A DNA stretch of 59,691 bases, filler included, from Bipalium vagum (taxonomy: Eukaryota): the NCBI GenBank assembly GCA_037834085.1. It is 3 parts of 3 records of this genome, joined end to end, with 100 filler letters (N's around TTAATTAATTAA, not from the genome) between each part and the next. Parts side by side here need not be neighbours in the genome. Positions count along the whole stretch, not along the records: positions 16,391 to 41,391 come from JBBMKC010197831.1; 2 more parts are not named here. One strand, given 5' to 3'. This document shows, piece by piece, positions 19,691 to 31,100 of the stretch. Under the pieces are notes generated by a model, which was not told the DNA's origin, searched no databases, and worked only from the letters and a program-made list of their open reading frames with translations. Within the stretch, counting starts at the first letter, position 1. Every line of letters begins with the position of its first letter. The translations under genes were made by a program, and so were the position numbers.

Positions 19691-21023
19691 ATTTAATAAT
19701 GACGCAACAATTTTTAATCTAAGAAATATTTAAATTGCTTGGTTTTTTCCCCATAATGACAATCATAAATTATATCCATGAAAATAAATCTTTTTTATGA
19801 TTTATTTTAAAAAGATGTTAATGAAAGTCGACCTATTTATCCATCATAAATAAGCATTCAGGATTGCCGCAATGGTAAATTTTATTCATTCCTGTCTGAA
19901 TGATTTATTGAATTCTGAACCGTAATATTATTTGAAATGTCTGAGCACATATTGCATGTTTTTATTTGTTGAGGCTATAACTTTAATTTCATCTATAAAA
20001 CTTTTCATTATTATATTGTAACTAAATTAAAAAAATTAAAGATATTAAAATTTAAGAATTAAGAAAAATCACTAAATATAATTTTATGGAAACTGATTCA
20101 ATATTTATTTTAAATGATAATTTTTATCAAAATTTTTAAAAATTAATTATGTATTTAATGATAAATGATTATATTAAAAAAATTAAAACAAACCTCACTT
20201 TGGAAGTACGAGAACGGTAAATAATCCGATATTTTTAGTAAATTCTATAAGAATTTTCCTTAAATAAGAACAGCCCACAGATCACTCTATTAATGGAAAG
20301 TTTTATTATAGCAAATATAAATATTGCAAATACTCTGCAATACGTTCCTTTTTATTACATCTTCTATTTTCCATTTTTGTTTTCTTTGCTAATCTATTCT
20401 GCTTCGCTCCAGGCGACAGGGTAATTCTTTTTGTCACCAGGGCTTTTTCGGTTATTAGACAACCAAGACTTTAATTAATTAATATTGTCTTATTGTGATC
20501 AGAGATTTTGTATTTGTTTTAAAATATATTTTTCTAAAAAATATTGCGTTATCTTAGTTGATTTTAGTTATTATCTTAGAATATTCATTTGTTATACTTG
20601 CTTCGAAGGAGCTGGTGAGCCAAATCTAACCGATATATATTGAGTAAACAGTTAATATTTTGGACAATAAATCTCACAATAAGAGTCGTAGCCGCCAACA
20701 CATACAGTACCTCCTACAATTTTGATAACATTTTCTTTTGATTAAAAATTTAATTAAATAAAAGGAAAAATGTGAAATTATAGTTACCATTGTCATTTCT
20801 TGTCTTATAATTAAGACAAAGTTTTAATTTAACCTAATTTAATTTGTGATTTTTCGTACCTTCAAATTCTAAGAATTTCCGAATCAATTTTTAATAAAAT
20901 TGTCATTACTTGACTTATAATTAAGACAAAGTTTTTAAATCAATTTTTATTAAAGCTTTAACCCGATTTTTAATCAGACTTGTTTTGTAGACAAAGCAAG
21001 ATTTGATTTTAATAAAATAAATA

Positions 21024-22915
21024 CCCTAAAATCAACTAATCTTCTTTTTCATCACTTCTGAAGTAGCTTTTTTGTGTTAGCAGTTCACATATTAATTAGG
21101 GTAGTGAATTGCATATCTTTGAGACACTGATATTTCTATCAGTGCGAAAAGACATCCTTCCTTTAATTAATCGTAACCTTGCGGAATTGTTCTTAAAGAG
21201 GATTGTTGCAATAGCAATCACTCTTTCTTGTAAACTTATAAAATAAGAGTGTTCTTTAATATAAATAAAATTTTGTACATTGATTTGTTCTCTTAGTCGA
21301 TTAAAAATCAGAGTTTAAACACGCATAACCGTTAAGGTCTTAACTTGCTCCACTTTATTTAAGATATTTAACATTTGATGAGCCCGACGTGATAATACGT
21401 TCAGAGCTTTTAAAATTCTAAAAAATTAAATCTTTAAAAACGGCAACCGAAAATATCGATAATAATTTTCCTATTGTTAAAACAACTGATTCTGAAAAAC
21501 AAACAAATACTCTAAACGTAAAAACTAAATGATTAACTACAGCAAAAGAGCAATTTTCAGAGAAACCTAAAAAGTTAACCTGTTCTCAAACTCGACTTCG
21601 TAATACTGAAATTATACACAATATTCTACCACAGAAAACAAAAATGGCCGACGAAAGTAACGATAATCAAAATAATGTTTATACAGGTTATGTTAAAATA
21701 GATGGGTATCCAGCAGATTTACTCGATTTTCTACCAAATTATTATATAGTTATGAGAGCTTACTGATATAGTGAAAATGTCATGATGAATCGTTTATCGA
21801 TATACTTAAAAGGTGTAGCACGATATGCTTATTTGAATTTAGTTGCAAAGGGAAAGGATGTTGATTGGGCAAGCTCAAAAGAGGCTTTAGAGGAACAAAT
21901 TTTTACTGGTGATACAAATCATCTATTTAGACAGCAGTTCTATAATCTTAAACAAAAAGTAAATGAAACATTGTCAGAGTACACGCATAATTTAAGAACC
22001 CGAGCCCAGAGAGCTTTCAGTCTACAAGATAAGTGGGACAAGAATACAAAAGTGATAGTCAAAAACCAATGGTGATCAGGACTACGCTATGAGATCAAAG
22101 CAGCCATCATGCTGTATAGACATGATGTTTGATCAAGTAATTCAAAAGGCAAAATTGGCTGAAACCGTTGTAGAGGTAAGAGCCGTAAATACAGTTAATA
22201 AAAGTCCGATCCCCTGGATTGAAACCAAAATCACCAAGTAATATAAATAATTAATTAATGCAATATTATTAATGCCACGAAATGGGTCACGGATCCCGAG
22301 ACTGTTCAAATAATAAAAAAGTAAGATTTGATGGTTTTTTTTTACTAAACCCTATGTTGGTTTAGATAGAAATAATCAATCAAATCAACTTACTTATTAC
22401 TTATTTATTTTCAGAGAAAGGCAAACAATAATTCAAGCAATGAATTTAGTAATAAACAATGCACTAAATGTGCAAGAACTAATCATTATACAAATGAGTT
22501 GTATGGCACAGAACCTAAAGTATCATAAATGAGGAAAAACGAGATCACGCTAAAGAAGTTTGCAAAAGTATTAAATTTTAATTTCCTACAACTTCAACAA
22601 TTAAATACAGGCGGAAAAACTAAATGTTTCCTTTGTGGAAAGTTCAGACACTTACAAAGTTGGCATAAAAAATAAATGTAATTAATGATACCGATGATGA
22701 AGAGGTCGGTACAATTGAAAAATATGTCACAAATTGAAAAGATAGATTCTCTCCTCAGAGAAGAATTCGCTAAAGTTGATCGATTCCTGGTCAGGAATCC
22801 ATGGATCAAATCACTATTGTAGGCGACAGAGCAATAGCATTTCATAAAGCAGTAGCTATAGCAGAAAAATGGATTAAAAAATGAAGTACTCATTGATAGT
22901 GAAGTAAGCACTTCT
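21024..22915 (+). mobile_element. Degenerate Ty3/gypsy-like retrotransposon 5' part: LTR (to 21373), PBS, gag with CCHC knuckles, protease motif
   Basis: LTR ends in TTAACA at 21373 and is homologous to 50470-50861. Gag includes RLSIYLKGVA..LKQKVNETLSEY and knuckle relics CTKCARTNHY and CFLCGKFRH. NGLKNEVLIDSEVSTS (22868-22915) is a degenerate L-I-D-S-G-A-S aspartic protease motif. Confidence 0.85.
21376..21393 (+). other. Primer-binding site complementary to the tRNA-Trp 3' end
   Basis: TGATGAGCCCGACGTGAT versus TGGTGACCCCGACGTGAT (2 mismatches), 2 nt after the LTR-terminal CA. Confidence 0.8.
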
Positions 22916-23602
22916 TACAACATAATAAAGAGACTCTAAAATTGAAGCACAATTACTTCAAAAATTAGGCAGAGAACGGCTGTTCAATGAAGAATCAGTA
23001 TAGATATAAATAAATACTCTGTTAAATTAGTTTGCTTCCTATTAATACCATGGTCAAAGAAATTTTAACTGATCTTCAAGATCAATTAGATAGAAAAGTA
23101 AAATTACTATATTATGACAAGAAACTTAATCCGGATAATAGTTTATTGGAAGCAAGATTGTTACCTGGTTGGAGTAATATAATTGAAATCGTATATGAAC
23201 TGATAAGATAATAAATAAACAAATCCTCCTAAATGAAATCACACGAATACCCATACCAGTAAAACTATTTTAAAAAGTTGTGAATAAATTAAGAAATTGG
23301 ACAACATTGACCATTTCATATCGAAAAGAAATCGATATCATTTTGCAAAAGTATGGACAAGCAATCCGGCAGAGTGAAGATAACGCTACTAAAATAAAAA
23401 TACAGCTTCATTTGTCCGATAACTCCAATCATTTATATACAATTTCTACCAAAATTAGCTTCATCACTTCTAACCAATGCCTTTAGTTCTCTTATTGGAA
23501 ATATTTGGAAGATTAAGAGATGATAACGAATATTTAATAGACTGTGGATGTGGTCCAAAGAAAACCACTTCAAGCCAAGTACATTATACTGGTACACATG
23601 TA

Positions 23603-24878
23603 AAGGGTGTATACGAAAAAAACTGGTCGACAAAATACAGCTATCAAATCCGCATTTATTTAGCTAAACTTATGAATATCCAAAAACATAAGAATATATT
23701 TACAAAAAAATACATATTTTATTATTTGGCGGTATTGTATGCAAAAGATCTAAGTTTGGAATTCATACTTCCCATTAGGTGCTGCACATCATTTTGAGTA
23801 ACCTCAGATGATATTTTGACCCATTCCTTTTTAAATTCCTTTTCATTTTTCACATTTTGTTTTAACAATAATTTCATTTTTCATTATAGCCCAATATTTT
23901 TCAATTGGTCGGAGTTCCGGAAAATTGGGAGGATTAGGACTCTTCGGTACAATACGTATTGACCCCATTCTCATTGTACCAGTCCTTGGCCTATTTTCCA
24001 TAGTAACATTTTCCAAATCAGGCCAAAACAAAACTGAAACGTTATGAACAAGTAACATATGAAGAAGTCGTTTCTGCAAGCACTCCTCAACATAACTAGT
24101 TTGGTTCATAGTACCACAGGTTACAAAAACCTGCTTTTCAAACCACATTTACAAATTGCTTGCCAAACCAATTATTTTTTTGCAAACTTCTCCACTTTTT
24201 TTTCTTTGAATTTTGGTGCAGCATCGCCTTTCTTCTTTGAAGTATAGAAAGCTACCAGGAATCTGATTGAAGTCTGTCTTGATATAAGATTCGTCGTTCA
24301 TTCTCATACAGTCAAAGTTGTGCACGATATTGTCATACAGTTTTCGTGATCGATATTTGGCGATTGTCCGCTGTTTATCGTTCCTGTTTGGAACCATTGA
24401 AACTTTGTATAATTTCAGACCTTCCTCTTTGCGGACTTTTTGAACATAACCAGGCGACATTTTAACTTTTTTAGCCGTATCACGAATAGAGATTCCGGGA
24501 ATTTTATGAAATGTACGTACCACTTCCTTGGCCTTTTTCTCTGAGACAAATTCCTTCTTTCGTCCACTTCCAACTTTTCTTTCTGTGCTTAATCATTTTT
24601 AAACACGTGTTACAGTTGATTTGGCAACATTTAGGCTTTTTGCAATATCTCTGTGAGATAAATCCACATTTTCCAGCTTTTTGCGCACAATTAATTCGCA
24701 AATACTTTCTTTTGTTGAGACCATTTTTCTAAATTTTATAGAAACTAAAAAATTATAGATTCTTTATTATTATATTAATGATTCGGCTATAGATCTGTAT
24801 GCTTACCTATATATTTACAATTATATCTGAGGTGTCACATGTGTTTGTATGAGACCATTTTTTATCGTATACACTCTT
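23603..24878 (-). mobile_element. Full-length, non-functional DD37E (ITmD37E/TRT) Tc1-like transposon
   Basis: TIRs AAGGGTGTATACGAAAAAAACTGGTC and reverse complement AAGAGTGTATACGATAAAAAATGGTC, with TA duplication. Transposase starts at 24724 (HTH LSHRDIAKSLNVAKSTV), then NDESY, LFWPDL and NPPNFPELRPIEKYW, with frameshifts and stops. Confidence 0.92.
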
Positions 24879-25608
24879 TAGATCAACAGTTACCAGCTAC
24901 TGAGATTGTAGATCTCTCGGAGGAATTACATGAAACCCAAATTAAATTGCCCATTGAAGTCATTGATTTTATCAATAAAATAAATGAAACAGAATTTACA
25001 TTTAAGGCTTCACCTAAAAGTCGTACAATGCCTTATAATCAGTTCATGTTTTATAATAATAAATTAAGAAAACCATTAATAAATATTTACTCAAATATAA
25101 TAAACAAATCATCTTCCTCAGGAAAATCATCGTAGGCACCACTAGCCTCAAACGCATTTGTGAAGTCTTGCAATTCCAATTCTTTCATAACTTGATAGAA
25201 GCTACCTGTCCATAGAATTCACTGTTGTTTTGTTAGGCGAAAAATAACAGTGCAAACTTTTATTTTTACTATAAACTTTTTATATTTATTTATGCATATT
25301 AAAAATTAATTATTTTGAATTCAAAAAGAAACCGGAGTCAAATTAAAATGAAGCCTAAAAATTTATAGAAAAAAAATTTTTATGTAAGAAGAAATATAAT
25401 TTTATTATAATAGCACGTATAGTAAATTAAACACCACATATTATTAACTTAAATTCAATTTTAGAATTTTTTTTTGTTTTTTATATCATTTTATATATTT
25501 TTATTATATAAAAGTTTTAAATTTTCTATGCAAGAACATATAAGTAATTAATTAAATTATAAGTAATTAAAATAAGCTTAATTGTATTGTATTTATTTTA
25601 TTTCATAG

Positions 25609-26090
25609 AATATTTTCTGAATGTAGAGAAGGAACTGGGAGAAAAAAATAATGAAAATGAAATATTGATAAGAAACAATGAAATAATCAAGGCTAAACGT
25701 GCTAAAATAAATCAGTATATATTCATATTTTTTAATATATAAGAATTATAAAATTTAAATTAGTTAAATAGAAATGCAAAAAGAACACTTCTCCAAAAGT
25801 AATGCTTAAATTATTTTTATTAAAAATATTTTACTATTTTTTATAGGTCACGATCAAGAAGTTATATGTCAAAACCTCCTTGTTGACCATAATTATATAT
25901 TGTGAAAGTGAAATAAAAGATCTAATGATTTTAAAATATTGTTAAAAAATTGTCTAATGATGTGAAGATCGATTCCAAAGATTATGAAAGCGAGGAGGAT
26001 GGTGAAGATTCTTTTGAACAAAGACCAACACATAAAACCTATGGAATAAAACGAAAAATGTTTATTCCCAGCTCAGACGAAAATTGTTAA
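25609..26090 (+). pseudogene. Spliced gene relic of unknown identity
   Basis: Phase-compatible exons 25609-25714, 25772-25798 and 25847 onward, separated by 57- and 48-nt GT-AG introns. An early stop follows, then an acidic open stretch (DSKDYESEEDGEDSFEQRP). Confidence 0.35.
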
Positions 26091-27136
26091 AATCTTTCAT
26101 AACTTAATGAGTGAAAAATCCAATCATTGCGAATTCTAATTCGCAATGACAAGGAGACCCGACATCGAAGGATAAAAAGTCAAATATTGAGTCTGATTAC
26201 TAATTCATCAAACTGTGGATAGCAGAAATAAACAATAAAGAAGAAAGAACTGAAAATTCTATTTTAACAAAAGCAGAAACGGAAATTAATAAATAATTTT
26301 ATTAACTATGTGAATCTAATAATTCACTTTCAATTATAAATATATTTTTTGAATTATAATAAACTCTGCAGATTAATTTTAGAATTTTGGAGTATAAGTT
26401 AAATTTAGTAAGGGTATTGTTATGATTTTTGATCTCGTATTTATACTAATTTTCTGTTTACAGTGATTTTCCTTTTATCGTCGTACCACACTATATATGT
26501 TCTTTGATTTTTGACGTTATCGATGATATTATGTTCTTACATGACGTCAAATCTAATTTTTAAATGATATTCTTTAATTATCTAAGGATTAATTTAATAT
26601 GATTAATATTATTTTTCAATCAACTATAATGTCACTTATTTTTAAATGTTAATTCTAAGTTTCAATTATTATTTTCAAATATTTTCACTTTTATTTATTA
26701 TGTTTTGAGGTTAATTTTTTATCGTTGCAACCAAGGATTTTTAACGATTAATATTAATTTTATGCTGAAACTTATTATATATCTTTAGTTCCTCATCATT
26801 CAGAGAATTCATATGATAAAATGCTTTTAATAACTTATATTTCAACTTACAGTCACACTACCCGGTAACTCAATAGGATCTGATCAAATGCTTATAAATA
26901 TTTTTTCTTAAATTTATTTATTAATTATGTGGAGACTCAAGAAAAATTAACAATTTTGATCTGACAATTTGATTATGATAATTTTTATTGATTCTGATTT
27001 TGATGTGATTACAATTTTATTTTAATAAACATAACAAAAGTATTTTTATTTAATTTGTTATGTAAAAATTAGAAATCCTAAAAGAATAAAATTAAAGAAT
27101 TTAAAGCCCTAACAACTATTAATAATATTATCATTG

Positions 27137-27139
<3 letters not shown>

Positions 27140-27203
<64 letters not shown>
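27140..27203. repeat. (ATT)n microsatellite
   Basis: Read directly from the sequence. Confidence 0.95.
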
Positions 27204-27206
<3 letters not shown>

Positions 27207-27748
27207 ATTGGTATAAAATTATATTAGGTAAATAAAGAAAATATATAAAAAATAGAATTAGAAATAACTAGATTTCTAAAAATAGAAATCTAACAAAAAA
27301 TATGATAAATAATGAAACAATTTATAATAAAAAAATTAAATTAGGAAAAAATTAAAGCATAAAAATAAAAATGGTATTAAAAATTATAATGTATAAGGTC
27401 AACCAAAAAGCATTCAAAGGACAACAAAAATAAATATAACAAAATCATTAGCAAAACACGTACCTTTAGAAAAGATAAAAAAACAAAGCCTTGCATAAAT
27501 AGTAATCCAATTTCAAACGTAGACAGACCAATAAACGAAGACGTGACCATAATCAAAAACAAACGCAATTTCAACAAAGACGCCATTACAGACGCAGGAT
27601 CAACATCTACTCAACCAAGTTATGCTTTTTGTTACAGTAATTTGTTAATTTATTATTATTATTATTTTTATTATTATTATTATTTTAAAATTTTTTTTCA
27701 TTTTACTATTTATTTAAAACTGGTAAACTGCTACAGTTTGCACAGATT

Positions 27749-28137
27749 CCCTAAAATCTCATTTAGATTCACATCTTCTAGTAATCACTATTAGGTAGGA
27801 TTACCTTTGTCTTTGTTTTCAAATTTTCCCTATTTCTCTTTTTGTTCGTAATTTACACAGCAGTTAGGGCTGGTAAATTAACTCAGGGCCTTTCCACAGC
27901 TTACAGGATAACTGCGAAAGAATTTAGGAATTCTCATTTAAAATTTGATTGTCAATCCAAATTTTACAAATAAAAATATTTGTTTTTAATCGATTTGTTC
28001 TATTTTTGTTCTATTTTATTCACAGTTTCAAACTACACTCCATAAATCCTTCTGATAGTAAAATTCGTTTTGTTGAGTGATCTAGAAGCCTGTATCGATA
28101 TTTTGACTTAAAATCAGTCACTTTTAGGAGCCTAACA
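27749..28137 (+). mobile_element. Diverged LTR-like copy of the same family
   Basis: Shares CCCTAAAATC, TTAGGG..GGT.AATT, TGCGAAA and the end CACTTTTA.GAG.CTAACA with 21024-21373 and 50470-50861. Confidence 0.55.
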
Positions 28138-31100
28138 AATACATAGTTTTTCATTTAATTTAGTTAAATTATCATGCAGTAATAGCAAACAGAATAAAGG
28201 AATTTAAGACCCATAAAAGAATCAACGACCTATATTGTAAACAGCAAAGATATAAAAGGACACTGTGAAATACGAAAAATAAGAGAAACCATAAGTGAAC
28301 AGTTACAAACAAAAGCAGCATAAAAAGTAAATATATTATTAGTTAATAAGACTTTTTGATCTATACACATGTATAATATCATTTGCAAACAATTTTCCGC
28401 GATTGAATCATTATTGACCAGATTCTTCAAAAATAATTGCTCTAACTTCTTCGAGAATTAAATAAAGTTGTTGTTATTCCTTTTCTTCTTTTTTATTACT
28501 TCTTTGAAAACTAAATAATTCTTAATACTAGAAATCTTAGTTGGTAATTGTTTATTTATTATCATTTCTACATCTATATTGGTAAACTAGATCAGTAATT
28601 TTTCATCAATGTTTAAATTTCGTTTATTTTCTGTGATTTGGTTTTTATTTCTTTTTGAGGAGGAAGGATTATTTAATAAAGATAGATATTAAGATTATTT
28701 TGATTAGCCTTATAAAATTTACTTGTTAATCCTCGTTTGAAAGATTGATTAGAAAATTACAAAAATAACTAAAATCAATTTCATTATTTTCAACTTGATT
28801 TTTAAAATTTTGATCATTTTCTAAAAAATTAATATTACTTCTATTTTCTGTTTCATTATGTTGTTGATTTATTTTTTATGACCTCCTAAAGCTTGAAGTG
28901 TTTTTAAAAAAAGATTGCATATTTCGCAATACTCGTAATAATTATTTTGCATTTTTTGGTTTTAAAATTCGTTTGTTTATTTTTTATAAATAAAAATATT
29001 TTTAAAAATTTTTTCAAATCTACCATATTTCTTTAAAATATGATTTAATTTCAATTTTAATTTTTCAATAATTGGATAAGGTTTTCATTACCAAAAAATA
29101 TTTCAGTACTTGTATTTCTATGATATGAATATTTAGAATTAAATCATTCAAGCAACCAAAAATAACTAGATAATCTGAATTTTAAAATTTTAATATATGT
29201 AACTTTTCATAAATATTAATTTTTGAATCATTTGTATGAGAAAAGCATATTTTAATTCTAAGCAAAATTATTTTTATGGTCAATAACATCAATTCTGTTT
29301 TTTTTTCATAAAACCACATTCTGATAATATATCTTCATTAATAATTCCCATTCTTGCCATGATACATTTTATTAAAGAAAATATATATTGATAATCAAGT
29401 GGAATAACTTCATTTATTTTTTATTGATTATTTAAATTCCACTTAAATTTAGGATTTATATTTTTATTTATGATTTCTCTTATTACGCTTCGCTTTACCA
29501 TTTTTTATATCTTACTATCTTTTCTCTAAAAATGATATTTTTATTATTATTTCAGAAATTCTCTCAAAAAGAAACTAGAGAAATGTTTCATTATCAAATC
29601 AAAATGATGTATTCTAAGAATTATCAATTCAAAGAAGGTATTCACTTCAGAAGAATTTTAAACAGAATAATAATCTCGAATTTACAATCGCTACGGAACA
29701 ATAATCAAGTCAAAAGAATTTCAAAAATTACTATTCTTTTATATGGAAATGTCGGTGTAGGATTGAAAAATTCCATCAAGTTTTGGAATTTCAATTTACC
29801 TTTTATAATTTTTGAATATGGTTCTTTTTTCAGAATTTGTTGTACGATTTCATGGCTTTTTCAACTTTATTGATTGGTTCACTGATAATATTACTTAATT
29901 TAATAATATTACTTAATACTCGCTAATATTAGACAATAATTTCTAATTATAGTAAAATCTTAATAATTTATTTAATTTTGGCAAAAACTGATTATTTTAA
30001 GTAAATTTTATTTATTTTAGGTATTCCTTAAACTTATTTATCAATACTTAACCTTATAGATATAAATTATATTTTACTTTAATGTTATTATTTTATATAG
30101 GAAATTCTTTGATCAGGAACCAATTTTAAAACTAAATATTGTCTTGTTAGTTTGCAGACCATAATTTATTTTATTTACCCTTTAATTAAAACGTAAATAT
30201 ATTTTTAATATCTTAATTATTTAGCATATTTAATTATACATAGTTTCAGAATAATAACATTTATGTAACAAATAAGATCTTATTTAATGTTTTAAGTATT
30301 GGATACTGGTTTCTGTTGATTTGGGCGCAGGTTTTAGATCTAATTATTTTCCCTCTTTTGAAGATCGAGGAATTGAAGCCAATAGATATCGGCCATATTT
30401 ATTTTAGTAAATTTGATATATCATTCTAAAACCTTCAGGTTATGTACGAGGAATTTGCTCGTCTGATATCGTCATTAGTACAGGAATTGGACTTTAATTT
30501 AAATTGATTTAGTTGTGAGGAAAAATATGATAATGACAGGATAATTCAATAATTTAATATTTTTAATGGTTTTTTAATTTTAATTTTGTCTTAGCATTGT
30601 GTTTTTTGGACCTATGGTCAGGCGTCCTTCAGTATTAGTTGACCATTGACAGTCAATTAATGCTCATAATTTTTATGAAAGTTTTATTCACTTTTTAAAT
30701 TATACTTCTAGTTAATGATTATTAAAAATAATTTATTTTGAAAATAATAAAACTACTACTACTTTTCGTCCCAAGAAACTTTTAAAAGATTGTTTTCATT
30801 TATTAGCTAGCTAATTCTGCATTTCATTAGGCAAATAATTAATTTCCTTCGACAGCATCAGATTCCTCAGTATTTAGCAGCAGTAGCTACTCAGTGATTG
30901 GGTGTGAAACTCATACTATCTATCAAAAAATCTACAAACCTTACATATCAATAAAACTAAAAAAATTATCAAAAATGTAGAATAACAATTATTATTATAT
31001 GATTAGATAATGCAGGATAATAAGAAAAACTCATATATGATGATCAAAAATAAGTTTATCTAAGAATTAGTGTTTATTTCTTCGAGTTTTAAATTTAATG

